Below are positions 51,704 through 63,935 of a stretch of 64,000 bases of DNA, piece after piece (within the stretch, counting starts at the first letter, position 1; the number at the start of each line of letters is the position of its first letter). The stretch is taken from the NCBI RefSeq assembly GCF_018977255.1, contig NW_024704742.1, positions 24,120,001 to 24,184,000 on the forward strand, in the 5' to 3' direction. The stretch is from Callorhinchus milii. Taxonomy: Eukaryota. The notes beneath the pieces were generated by a model. It was not told where the DNA came from and searched no databases. It was given only the letters and a program-made list of their open reading frames with translations. The position numbers were made by a program, and so were the translations under genes.

Positions 51704-52733
51704 TCCTCTTCAATATCTATACGCTCCCTCTTGGTGACATTATCTGCAGACATGGGGTCAACTTCCACGTGTATGTGGATGACACCCAACTGTACCTTTC
51801 TGCCTCCACCCTTGACTCCAGGACCACTGCTGTCCTGACAGAATGTCTGTCAGACATCAAGTCCTGGATGAGAGCTAACTTTCTTCAATTGAACGTCAAT
51901 AAGACCGAGGCTCTCCTGATTGGCTCCCGTCAGCACTTCCTCACCTCAGATGCTGACAGCATCACCATCCATGGTTGCACACTCCACCTTGCTTAACCAG
52001 TCCAGAACCTTGGGGTCTTGTTTGAAACTCAACTATCCTTTCTACCCCACATCTGCGCCATGACCTGCTCTGCCTTCCCCCACCTCCGCAACATCGCCCG
52101 GCTCCGACACTGTCTCACGCCGTAGGCCGCCGAAACCCTCATACATGCTTTCATGACTTTGAGGCTTGACTATGCAAACTCACTGCTTGTCGGACTCCCC
52201 AACTCCTCCCTCCACAGTCTGCAGATCATCCAGAACTCTGCAGCCCATGTCCTCTTCCGCACTAGGCTCTGCGACCCTATCACCCCCAGCCTCGCCCAAC
52301 TCCACTGGCTTCCCATCACACAAAGGATACAGTTCATGATCCTCGTCCTCACCTTCAAAGCCCTCCACAGTCTTGTTCCCCTCTACCTCTCCAACCTCCT
52401 AACCCCTTACCACCCTATTCTCTCCTTCTGTTCAGCGGGCTCCGGCCTGCTTCACGTCCCCCGCCTTGCTCGCTCCATTATTGGCGGAAAGGCCTTCCGC
52501 CACTCTGCACCCACTCCCTGGAACTCCATCCCACAGTCCCTCCATCTTGCCCCCTCCCTCGCCACCAAGTCCTACCTCAAGACCCTCCTCTTCGACCGTG
52601 CTTTTGATCTCCCTGCCTCCCCCCCCATCCCACACCCGAACCTCCAGCTCGGGTCTGTAACTCTGTCTGTCCAGCGCCTTGGGACATCCTCCTGACGTGA
52701 AACTAATTTGAATGTAATTTTGTTGTTGTTGTT
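51704..52733 (+). mobile_element. L2 LINE 3' ~1 kb (insertion 1 in the CR1)
   Basis: YVDDTQLY...LHWLPITQRI..., tail ttgttgttg. Confidence 0.9.
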
Positions 52734-52750
52734 GATTGGAGGGAAGTGTG

Positions 52751-53561
52751 GAGGGATCAGCATCCAAGGCTGCATTCTCCACCTCTCAAAGCGAATCAGG
52801 AACCTCAGCGTTCTGTTCGACCCTGAGCTGTCCTTTCTTCCCCACATCCGCCCCACAACTGGCACCGCCTTCCACCACCTCTGGAACATCGCCAGACTAC
52901 GGCACTACCTCACCCCTCACACTGCTGAAACTCTGGTCCACGCCATTATCACCTCAAGGCTGGACTTTGGGAACTCTCTCCTCGTCGGCCTTCCCGGCAC
53001 CTCCCTCCACAAGCTGCAGGTCATTCAGAACTCTGCAGCTCATGTACTGTCCCGCACCAGGCTTCGCGACCACATCACTCCCACCCTCACTCGCCTCCAC
53101 TGGCTCCCCATCCCCCAGAGGATTGATTTCAAGATCCTCATCCTCACCTACAAGGCCATTCACGGCCTCGCTCCCTCCTACCTCTCCGACCTACTATCCC
53201 CCTACCTACCTGCCCATACCCTCCGTTCCTCTGGCTCCGGTCTGCTTCACATCCCCCGCCCCAACCGCCCTATCATCGGTGGCTGAGCCTTCAGCCTCTC
53301 AGCCCTGAGGCTCTGGAACTCTATCCCCCATTGCCTTCGCCGCCTCCTCCCTTTCCTCCTTCAAGGCTAGTCTCAAAATCTTTCTCTTTGACCGTGCCTT
53401 CAGCTCCCCTCTCGACTCTCTACCCCCTCCTCGCTCCCTCCCTTCCCTCCCCTCACCCTGACCATTCCCCCCTGCTCGGGTCCTGACCCAACTGTCCAGC
53501 ACCTTAGGACGTCCTCCTGACGTGAAACGCACTCTATAAATACACTGTTGTTGTTGTTGTT
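52751..53561 (+). mobile_element. L2 LINE 3' ~0.8 kb (insertion 2 in the CR1)
   Basis: IRNLSVLFDPELSF...LHWLPIPQRIDFKIL (ORF 52708..53286), tail tgttgttg. Confidence 0.9.
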
Positions 53562-56002
53562 GTGTGCAGTGATGTCCCCTAAGGGTTGGTATTGGGACCA
53601 CTGTTGTTTTGATCTATATCAATGACCTGGACTTGGCTATAAGGAGTACAATTTCCAAGTTTGCAGATGATACTAAGCTAGGAAAAGTAATAAACAGTGA
53701 GGAGGATAGCAGTCGATTGCAAGAGGACATAGACTTGTAAAATGGGCAGATATGTGGCAGATCAAGTTTAATGTGAATAAATGTGAAGTGATGCAGTTTG
53801 GGAGGAAGAATTAGGAGAGGCAATATAAGCTATATGGTAAAAACTTAAAGGGCGTGAAAGAACAAGAGACCTGGGCGTTCATATAAGTAAATCTTTGAAG
53901 CTTGCAGGACAGGTAGATAAAGCAGTTTTTTTTTTAAAAAAAAAGCATACGGGATTCTAGGCTTTATAAATAGGGACATAGAATACAAAAGTCAGGAAGT
54001 TATGATGAACCTTTATAAAACCCTGGTTAGAGTACTGTGTTCAGCCCTGGGTACCACACTTTAGGAAGGATGTCAAGGCATTGGAGAGAGTGCAAAGGAG
54101 ATTTACCAGGATGGTACCAGGAATGAGGGACTTCAGTTATCAGGAGAGGCTAGAGAAGCTAGGATTGTTCTCCTTGGAGCAGAGAAGGTTAAGAGGAGAC
54201 TTAATAGAAGTTTTCAAAATTATGAAGGGGTTCGATAGAGTGAACAAGGAGAAACTATTTCCACTGATGGGTGGGTCACTAACCCGAGGACACCGTTTTA
54301 AAATAGTTGTTAAAAGAAACAGGGGAGGTGAGGAGAAATGTTTTTCACCCAGCGAGTTGTTCAGATCTGGAATTCATTGCCTGAAAGGGTGATGGAAGCC
54401 GATTCGATAACAACTTTTAAGAGAGAATTAGATAATTATTTGGAGAGGACACGTTTGCAGGGCTATGTGGAGAAAGCAGGGGAGCGGGATTGATTTGGAT
54501 AGGTCTTTTAAAAGAGCAGGCACGATGAGCCGAATGGCTTCCTTCTGTGCTGTATAATTCTATGAAGTCCCAATGTGGTGTTTAAACCTAGAGACTTCTG
54601 ATACTGAGGCAAGAGTGTTACCGAGTGAGTCAGGTATGTCAATGCAGCAGAATAAGAGTGTGCAAGTGACCCTCTTACGCATGTGATGGACAATTTCTGG
54701 ACAGTTACCAGGAAATATTTATTCACACTGAGAATTATTAATTCCTGGAACATATTACCAGGAAGGAATGTTTGAGGCCAGAATGCTGGACTTACTTAAG
54801 AAACAACTTGATCCTATAAAGGGAACAAAGTTTGTTGGGTGGATATTCTGGAAAGATGGAAATAAAAGGGGTTGAAGGGCCTTCTACATCCATACGTTAA
54901 TTGTGAATATGATCTTGTCATCTAAAGGTCAATCAAGGTATAGCACCTTTCACATCTGGAGGATGTCCCAATATACAGACAATTCATTTTACAGTATATT
55001 CTGTGAAGAGTTTTGTGACGTCTCGCAGACGTGATAAGGTGCTATAACAAATGCAAGGATTATTGTGTGGAGGTGTGCACGTTGAGATGGAAAATATTAG
55101 TGAAGGGCTAATTGAAGATTTTGAAAAGGCTTTGTTTTGCCACATGGGATCCATTGGCGTTAGAATAACTGGCACTGAAACTGATGGTAGAAGAAAAGCA
55201 CACAAAAGCATTGTTTGGTGCTGTTTAAGGATGTTCAGTGACTTTTTCACCCAAGCTCTCAAGATTACAATTTCCAGCCACTGTGGAGGTCAAGAGCCAT
55301 CCTAGTTTGATATTTGGTCGATGCATTTAACAGGATCTTCCAAGAGATTGTGTCTTGAGAGATCGTGTTAAGTATATCGACCAATGTAGAAAACTAGGAT
55401 GGCTCTTGGCCTCCTGATTGCTTAGAAGTGTCTCCTCTGAAAATCTGAGAGTCTTCATGCCACCAAATTGAATGACTGGAAAGATAAGAGGCACAGACTG
55501 GAAACTTTGAGAGGATTATTTCCAGCATTCAAAAAAAGCCTGAAGTCAGCAAGCTGTATGGAGCTAGTTAAAGCCCTTCTTAATGAAAAAAAATGATCTG
55601 AGATCGATTGCCTGCTGAGATTCACAAGTGCCCTTCATCTAACACTTGCTGACTTGCTGTCTCTTTTGCTCTCCATCCCTTTGAGATCTTTTCATAATGA
55701 GTTGTTTTGTTCTATCTATATTTGATGATTGTAAGTCTTGCTGTCAAACCAAACTCTGTAATATTTAATGACCGTTGTGTGTTCATTGGACATAACTGCT
55801 GTGTCCTGAGAGGCAATTGCAAAAAATGCTTGAAAATAGTAAACACTACAAATACAAATTGATCTTCAAATATATCTTATTCTAAATAGCACTGAAAGGC
55901 TTGCTCTTCAAAAGAGCCAGCACAATATGCCAATTAGTCGTCTTATGTAATGTAAATTTTTATTGCTGTGAACTTTAAAATGGGAAAAGTGAATTTCAAG
56001 AT

Positions 56003-56360
56003 TATTATTAATAATACTTGCATTTGATATAGCACCTTATCACATCATTGAGAAGTCTCAAAGCACTTCACACAATATATTGTAAAGTCGATTTACTGTG
56101 TATTTTGTGGGTGAAACTCGGGAGTCAACTGTGCACAGCAGTGTCCCACAGACGGTAGTGGTTTGACCATTTTTTTTGAGGGATTATTACCCCCAGAAAG
56201 CAATCTGCCAATTGTCTAACAACCGGGTTCCTAATTACTGCTAGGTAAACAGAGGTGTGTGGAGTAAAGAAACTTGCCTAAAGTTTAGCCCTGCCTGGGA
56301 ATTGAACCTGAGTCCTCTCATTTGTGAGGTGAGCTCGCCAACCACTATACTGCAGGATTC
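56003..56360 (-). mobile_element. Full-length tRNA-derived SINE (long variant)
   Basis: Head, body and tail. Confidence 0.85.
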
Positions 56361-56450
56361 TGCGAATAGGAGGATCTATGTCATTCTTTAATTAAAATAC
56401 CACATTATTTCACTGGATCATTATTTCAAGTCAAATAAAATATTTCTTAC

Positions 56451-56894
56451 TTTGCTTTTTCTTACGAGTGAAACATATCACAAAGGCAACCATCAATATA
56501 AGCAGAACGAGGCCCAGGATGGGAAGTGCAATCACCAAGATAATGAAGGTTTTGTTTGGTGTCTTACGATTGCCTGACTTGGTCGTAGATGATGGAGAAT
56601 ATCCCTTTGACCTGTTCTGCCATGATTTATTCGGAGTAGTCTTTATGCTGGTGGCTACGGTGCCAGAAGTATTTGTTTTGTGGACATCTTGCTGTTTCTT
56701 TGATGAAAATCTGAAATGTGAAACTGTTGAGGAAGCCACCTTACTTGCTTGTAAGGATAAGCTTATGGTAGAGTGATTTCCGTACTTAACTTCTGCAGTT
56801 ATTGGGCTTAATTCAGTAGTTGTTGCATCAGTTTGTTTGGGTTGCTCAGTGTGATTCACAGATGTAGTTGTTTCATTTACTTGCGATGAAAAAG
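56451..56894 (-). CDS. TMEM154: TMEM154 exon 2: Ser/Thr-rich ectodomain, TM helix (FIILVIALPILGLVLLILMVAFVICF) and basic stop-transfer TRKKKQ
   Basis: cag acceptor, 444 nt open (phase 1 to 1), gtaaga donor. TM region resembles mammalian TMEM154 FILMVLIPLILLVLLLL...KRKRTKQ (recalled). Matches ORF 56431..56859. Confidence 0.9.
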
Positions 56895-57984
56895 CTGTTT
56901 TTTAAAAAAAATGACAAAAGGATTAGAACAAAATGTTGTGAAATCTGTGAGAATGCAGGTATCATTTTCAAGAGCTGTATATCCTCCAGATTTGTGGTCA
57001 ATTTTCTCTTTTCAACCTCACCCCCATCACCACCACCCTGCTCTCATGAGGCTGATGATTTGTGCCTCTCACTGATGTATTGGATTTATCTGTGATGCCC
57101 AAAAATCAACATCAGAAACAACTTGCATCTATATAGCGCCCATCAGGATAGCATCCCAGAGCACTTGAAATTCACACCAGCATGGAAACATCACAAATAA
57201 ATTCAATCTTCTCCTTTTGAGAACTCATTTTGCATGTCTACCACTTGCAGATATTATTCCGGAAATTTCAAGAAGAGGCAAGCCGAAAAAACAAAACAGG
57301 AACACAGACTCTTACTTTGTTGATGAACATTTCCCTTTTCTTGGGTGATACATTAACCACAGATTTTTAACACTTTTAATCATCATTTAGAACAGACCAC
57401 CAAATAAGATCAGGAACATAATTTTTCCCCATTTCGTTGACCACTTCTTCCTCTTTAAAAAATAAATCACTTACTTCTTCTAAATCAGTCCCAGATTGAC
57501 CCTGCACACTCAATGGAAAACAAGTCACTGAATCGTACCCAAAGCACCAATTGTTTCAATCTATATCTGGTAGATATAAAGCATCACATTATTTTTTTTT
57601 GCTAACAAGCCAGCATAATGTTTTAGCAAGAGATCAGATCAAGCAATCTCTTGATGTGCCAGTTGATAAAGAAACCATTTGGTACAGCAGTGAGCCAAGC
57701 AGGCCTGAAGACTGCAGATGTTGAGTTAGCAAATCTCAAGCAGTAGTTTGGGTACTGTAATTACCATCAGAACCCCTGGACTAGAAAGAAAAAAAACTCA
57801 ACCAAGCTGTCTGCTCCTGACTGTTATCCAGCTCCAGGTGTAGGGTGTGGACATCAGCTGGTCAATTTTGGATTAGATATCCCCTATGGTCGCTCAAACA
57901 ACCTGTCAACACGCACTGTTGTGGCTTACACCTGAATAATGGGCTGCATCTAGATGCTTTAAAATTAACTCATACATTATAGCA

Positions 57985-58153
57985 TAGATGTATTTAAGGG
58001 AAAGCTAGATAAGTACATGAGGGAGAAAGGAATAGAAGGTTATGCTGATAGGCTTAGTTGAGGAAGAGCAAGAGGAGGCTCAAGTGGAGCATAAACACCA
58101 GCATAGCCCAGTTGGGCCGAATGGCCTGTTTCTGTGCGGTATATTCTATGTAA
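57985..58153 (+). mobile_element. CR1 LINE 3' end
   Basis: FKGKLDKYMREKGIEGY...gggccgaatggcctgtttctgtgc...attctatgt. Confidence 0.8.
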
Positions 58154-59685
58154 CTTAATTTATTCATAATATTTAGCAGGGGAATGGGAAATGGCATAGA
58201 AACCCCAATGATGTTAGTAAATGATCGCTGAATGGTTTAATCAGAGGAACAGGAAACCACTGAAAAAAACATTAGTTGCAATTACATATGGTAGTGATGG
58301 GAATCACAACATGGGGGTTTCTAATGAAATAAGTCAGTCGCTTTGCACAGAAAGACATATTTCTTTACAGGCTCCATTGTACATTGGTTGTATGTTGGAC
58401 AAATTAATTTGTTTGGTCATAATTCTTTTGATGCATGAATGCAGTTGCAATCAGAATAAATAAGTGCTTATTGAATTGAGATCAAAATAGACTATTGTAA
58501 AGGGTTCTCAGCTCCACGGATGCCAATGCTGTGTTACACTTCTGCTCTTCTACACTCTGGGTTAAAAAAAACTGCCTGGTATCTGTCCTGAAATTGCCTT
58601 TTGCAACTCTGAACCTGTAGCCTCTTGTTCTGTGTTGGTGCATCCTAAAGTCAAATACTAAAATCAAAAGAACATAGTCTAAAATAAGAGGATCCAAAAC
58701 TAAGAACATCAAAACTAAAACCATATCTTAAACACAATATTCACAGACCAGATTCACTGTGTGCATTTTGATGTCCAATTCGCCAATGTCGCATTACGAG
58801 ATTTGCAAAAACAATGAAACGTGAAGCTGGAATAAAATGCAGACAGGAAACTGCTGGTGTTTTGCTTTCCACTTATTCTTTGAAGTTGCCATCTTAAGAT
58901 TAACTGGAAGTTACAATTCACAGTTCTTCTCCCATTTTCTACTATTTATATGATCTCTTTAGATTCCCACTGGTTCCTTGCAGAGCAAATGGCCAGAATG
59001 AACTGCAGACTTCTGCATCGGTACAATGAACAGAACTTCCTGATCGGTCAACAAGAACCAGGATCTATGACCCTGGAATTCCCTGAAATATATATTTTTA
59101 TATGCAGGATTGTTGGGCAGCACACAGGGAGAAACTCCTCTCTTTTCACCTAGTGCCATGAAATCTTTAACGTCTGTCTAAACAGCCTGCACTTTCAACC
59201 ACATTTTCATTGAACCTCATGCTCATTTCACAGTTTCATTTTTGTTTGTTTAAAAAGAATATACTGTCTTTCACTTTTCTCTCTTACTTCCTCACTAACT
59301 ACCTCAAGCAAGATGCAAGACCTGTGCTATTGCTGACTGTTCCATCACTGGCTGTTTGTATATCAGTAATAAAGGTTGTGTTACACAGAACAATAATGAA
59401 TCCATAAACTGTAATACTGTATACAAAATATACATTTCATTGATGCAATTAAATAGGCATGGTCACGAATCTGTCATGTCAGAAAAATGTTAGGAATAAC
59501 ATTTATGATCATAAAGAGCGAAGCAGAGTGCAATCTCATTTCACACATAAATTGACCTCCATCAAGTTCAGTCAAATTATTTGAACCAAAGTGAGTCATT
59601 CATACTCCAAACGAATAAGTATGTCTATGATTACTGCAGTGTCCTGTGGCCAACGATCCCTCAAAATAAAACTGGGCACTCACTC

Positions 59686-59842
59686 CATGGCTCTTTGTGG
59701 GACACTGCTGTGTACAACTGGCTACCACATTTTGCCCACAAAATACACAGTCAATCCACTTTACAGTATATCCTGTGAAGTCCTTTGAAATGTCTCAATG
59801 ATGTAATAAGGCCTATATCAAATGCAAGGATTATTGTTATTA
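59686..59842 (+). mobile_element. tRNA-SINE 3' part
   Basis: Family body and tail. Confidence 0.8.
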
Positions 59843-60856
59843 AATAGGAGGGGATGTCAGAAAACATTTTTAAGAGGAAACTGACACCGGGTTTACACTA
59901 TTGTGTGCTACAGACAGACAAATGGAGGAATAGTCTGGAAGAAAACAGTGTAAATTAGAATTGCTGCCTCCATTCAGTTTATCTGCCAAAGCAATGCTGC
60001 CCATGGTGGTGAAAGCCAATGGTAAGAATGAGATCGTAGTTTACACAATTGTAAAGTCCTAGATTTGATCCTTGATCAATGTTGAGCTTCCTCATTCAGT
60101 GAGACAGGAATTGAGCACAACATTTGGATTAAGTCCCCTGAATTATTGAGGGATGAATCGGCCAAAGTTTACATTTGTGGACCACAGATTTCATGTTATT
60201 AGACGTAAAACCATTGCTTAACATCTAAGATGGTGTGACATTTTCGAAAGCAGTCTTAATTTAGGACCGATTCTTCCATAGTGTTTTTTGAGAAAAATGA
60301 AACTTCAAAATCAATGCTAAATTTAAGGTTTCTTTTCAAAATTCCAATTTAAATAAAATGGTTTTAATCCTAAATACAAGAATTTTCAGGCTCCAGATTT
60401 GCATCCAGAAGCTCTTGCGGAAAAGTGTTAATGTGAGGATGTTAGCTGAGGAACGGGTTCAGTCCTGCTGCATCCTGTGGTCAAAAAATCTGTTGCCATT
60501 CATTATACAACCTCACGCACAAAGAATTTCCACTTGGGTAAGATATTGGAGAGTGGTCAGTGCCCATGAAGTTGTACGCCTGTGAAGTGTCAGTGCCTTC
60601 AGGAGAAAAGAGAAAGATAGACTGGTGGAGAAAAGAAACACGAAAGAAAATCAAGATAAAGTTATAGCACGCAATCAACTTGTATGAAACAAACAGTTGG
60701 AAAAATGTCTGAGTATCAAAGCATGCAGCTGTCAAATCTCTCAGAGATCTGGGTGGAACCATTCGTTGGAATAGCCAGAGGCACATTCATTCAGAGCATG
60801 GTAGTACAGGACTTTTTAGCCTAATCCTAATAAAAGAAGGTTTTAGTCGTACTTAC

Positions 60857-60920
60857 TGTTGCTGGATAAAGAGAGAGCCACTGTCAGAGTCAAAAAGAGT
60901 CTTGAATTCCGTTGGTTCAT
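60857..60920 (-). CDS. TMEM154: TMEM154 coding exon 1 (signal peptide MNQRNSRLFLTLTVALSLSSN)
   Basis: ATG at 60920. 64 nt encoding a hydrophobic signal-like stretch, followed by a gtaagt donor (phase 1) that fits the next exon. Confidence 0.8.
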
Positions 60921-60993
60921 GTTACCTTTATAAAACGTATGCCCTTAGTACCATTGTGCTCTGATTTCCTTGCTTACTAAAAGGAGCGTCATA

Positions 60994-61009
60994 ACTTCCT
61001 GTTTCCTGT
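60994..61009 (-). promoter_or_regulatory. Tandem ETS sites (ACAGGAAACAGGAAGT) just upstream of the TMEM154 ATG
   Basis: Two adjacent GGAA cores about 75-90 nt upstream of the start codon. Confidence 0.45.
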
Positions 61010-61641
61010 CAATGTTTCTGACTCAAATGCTTCTTCAAAAGAGGGGCAGAATGATGTTTTTAGGAAATGATGCAATCCAGCCTAGATGAGTTGTAGTTCT
61101 CGATTGATTGCACATTTACTTAATGCTTGTAAAGATTGCACTTGGAGATATTTTGCTGAAATGTTATTAGATGGTCAGGCTCCAAGTGAACCTGCTGCCT
61201 TTTTTCATAGGTGTGCATTAATAATAATGCTTTTGATAAGGTGTTGCATTGAGACGTCTCAAAGCGCTTCACAGAATATACTGTAAAGTGAATTGACTAT
61301 ATGTTTTGTGGGCAAAATTATGCTCCATAAGAAAGGGCTCAATTATTTTTCATAAGGAATGCTTTAAATTGTAATGTTTTGAGGAACTTATTTTATATCT
61401 ACAGGACACAATAGGGGTTGAACACAACATTTTGACTTTTAAAAAAAGTCCTGAAACAATATTTTTTTTCTATTTGGGAAGGTAAGCTATTTTGAACCAT
61501 ATCTTCCAGGTCCCAGTGGAGCTTGGGTAGAGAGAGAACCTTTTTCAGCTGATTAATAATGATTCTTGCATTTGATATAGCGCCTTATCACGTTGTTGAG
61601 ACACCTCAAAGCACTTGACAGAATATACTGTAAAGTGGAAT

Positions 61642-61880
61642 AAAAACAGAAGTCACTGGGAATATGCAGCAGATCAGGCAACATCTACGGAGAGTTAAAG
61701 TTAAAGTTTCAGTTTAAAGTTTCAGGTCTATGGCCTTTCTACAGGACTGTTCTGACAACAGATCATCAACATGAAATGTTAACTCATTTTCCTCTCTCCA
61801 TAGATGTTGACTGACCTAATGCGTGTTTCCAGCAACTTCTGTTGTTATTTCAGATTTCCAGCATCTGCAGTATTTTGCAG
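61642..61880. mobile_element. Imperfect palindromic Penelope-like (PLE) terminal element
   Basis: aacagaagtcactgggaatatgcagcagatcaggcaacatctacggagag ... ctctccatagatgttgactgacctaatgcgtgtttccagcaacttctgtt inverted arms. Confidence 0.6.
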
Positions 61881-62267
61881 GTAAAGGAGGGGCCACTTGA
61901 GACAAATGACTCCAGAAACAACAGCAACAACATTTGCGTTTATATAGTGCCCTTTACTCAGGTAGCGTCTTGGAGCACTTAACAGCGATGTGGTTTGAAG
62001 CCAAGTTTGAAAAGGAGGAAAGGTGACTGAAGGATCAGTTGAAGAGGAAAGCCTTCAGGTGTGAATTGAAGACAGGCAATGAAGTGGCAAGACAAAGGGA
62101 TTGAGGCTGGGAGCTCCAGAGATTTGGGGCTTAGTGTTAGATGGTTCCTCGGTTTAGTGTCTCATTCAGACAACAATGTAGCACATTCCCAACATTGCAG
62201 TGTCAGCCCCGACCATGAGTTTAAAATCCTGACCTGGATCTTTAAAGCACAACTTCTGACTCAGAGA

Positions 62268-62595
62268 TAATAATAATAATAATAATAATCCTTGCATTTG
62301 ATATAGCGCTTTTCACGTCGGGAGGACGTCCCAAAGCGCTTCACAGAATATACTGTAAAGTGAATTGACTGTATATTTGTGGGCGAACGCGGCAGCCAAA
62401 TGCGCACAGCAATGTCCCACAAACAGTCGTAGATTGAAAATGACCAATTTATTATTGTTTTTTGGGTTTTTTGGAGGGATTATTATTAGGCGTGTGGAGT
62501 AAGGAAACTTGCCCAAGGTTTCGCCCTGCCTGGAATTGAACCCAGGTGTCTTGCTTGCAAAGCAAGTGCTCTAACCACTGAGCTACAGGACTCCA
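62268..62595 (-). mobile_element. Full-length young tRNA-derived SINE (short variant)
   Basis: Head GGAGTCCTGTAGCTCAGTGGTTAGAGC...GGGTTCAATTCC, long (ATT)n tail. Confidence 0.92.
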
Positions 62596-63639
62596 CATGA
62601 GATGAGAGCGCAACCAATTGAGCGAGACTGAACATAAACACATGCAATGATTGTAAATCCAAACTACTCAGATCTTCTTTAAAGGAAGTGTGTATTACCT
62701 CTCCGGTGATTCATTGTGTAAAAGCTTTGGCTTTTCCTATACTGTGCCAGGAAGGTTCTGAGTTTATTTCCAGGTCTGTACTGTTAACAAATCTTAGCTG
62801 GCAAACAGTGGAGCATCACAATTGGCCTCAGCGCTTCTAGACTCGGGAGGAGAAACAGATTAGCCAAGGTTTCTGCTACCCAGTCTCTGCTGCCTGAACA
62901 TTTGTGTGACAACGAGATTGAATTTGGCAGTGATATCCTACATGAACAGCCTGCCAACTCAGTAATAAATAAAGTGACATCCACTGAATAAGGCTTGGTG
63001 AAGCGTCAGATCTTTGTTCTTGAAGTTGGACATTTAGGCCTCCCATGTGAATAGCTTTACTCAGGCAAACAAGTGACATTTTTACTCATCTCTTTGATTG
63101 TAAGTAATGTGTTATCCAGCAACATCTAACAGATTGGTTACACGTTTGTGACAACTATGAAACGCTTTTATAAACTGTTTGATGACCAAACAAATGCGAA
63201 GCATTTCCTCTGTGCTGCAGAGTGTTGTGTTGTAATGGTGTGTGGTAATTTTGTGAATGGGCAGAATGTTAGAGGTGATGAGGATTCTGGGCATGGTTTC
63301 TGCTCCCTAACGCTGGTGAACTTTCTGCTTCATGCTTGTAAGAGTAGATTGAAACATTTGCTAATGTCAGTTGACAGTGGTCAACATTGTCTTGTCTGTA
63401 CACTTTCCTCTTTTTACAACTTTGCAAATGAAAGGATGTTCTTTTGATAGGTTAAGTGGTTTGCTTCTGGTGGCTAAAGTGGTACATGTAAATTCAGTTG
63501 CCTGCTTGCCTGTATGTCTTGATATATTTTGCATTGCGGAAATTATTTCTATTGTTAGTTTTTTGGTCTCTTTATAGTCAGCATGATGTTGCAGAAAATG
63601 CTGTACAGATTTTTTTTGGAATGTTTACATCAGGACTTT

Positions 63640-63935
63640 TAGCTCATGGTCTAGGCTGACACTCAAGTGCTGCATTAACAGAGATGCAGTCATTTGGATG
63701 AGACGTTGAGCCAAAGTCATTATAAATCCCATGGCACAATTGGCAGTTTCTCCCACTGTCCTTGCCAATATTCCACTCTCTTCATGAGCTGCATGAGCTT
63801 CATGAGCTGGTACATACCTGTGAGCAAATTGGCTGCTGCATTTGCATATAAATACACTTTACAGAAAACTCTGTGAAGCACCTTGCAACTTTTCGATGTG
63901 ATAAGGCACTATATCAAATGCAAGGATTATTATAT
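63640..63935 (+). mobile_element. Deu-SINE-like remnant followed by a SINE/L2-type tail
   Basis: ggatgagacgttgagccaaag...atcccatggcac Deu-like core, then aaatgcaaggattatt. Confidence 0.5.

Larger units (their letters stand above)
50080..54566 (+). mobile_element. Internally deleted CR1 LINE (5'UTR repeats, ORF1 start, RT, 3' end) carrying nested insertions
   Basis: ORF1-like MAGQLKLVDC.MWE at 50833. WRVANVTPL.KKG, YMDFQKAFDKVPH, FADDTKL, LERVQRRFTRMVPG, RLRGDLIEVFKIM. 3' tail ttctatga. Confidence 0.9.

Noticed and set aside
54984..55262. ORF in frame after the TM exon
   Set aside because: Runs into a SINE tail and lacks TMEM154 similarity.
58759..59407. Two candidate Cys/N-glycan-rich exons in TMEM154 intron 1 (YGFIIVLCNTT... 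and FTFHCFCKSRNATLANW...)
   Set aside because: Weak donors, and the exit phase does not match the phase-1 stalk exon. Exon 1 joins exon 2 directly. Initial chemokine and sushi-domain ideas were dropped once the TMEM154 motif was found.
59882..59934. Strong acceptor (gttttcttccag) in intron 1
   Set aside because: No good phase-1 donor before an in-frame stop.
60400..60620. ORF 60481..60786 as a possible exon 2
   Set aside because: In-frame stop. Resembles an old dispersed repeat also seen near 600-730.
62520..62595. tRNA-like sequences (also about 6775-6845, 9475-9550, 12053-12130, 46115-46189, 56285-56360)
   Set aside because: These are SINE heads fused to a common body and L2 tail, not tRNA genes.
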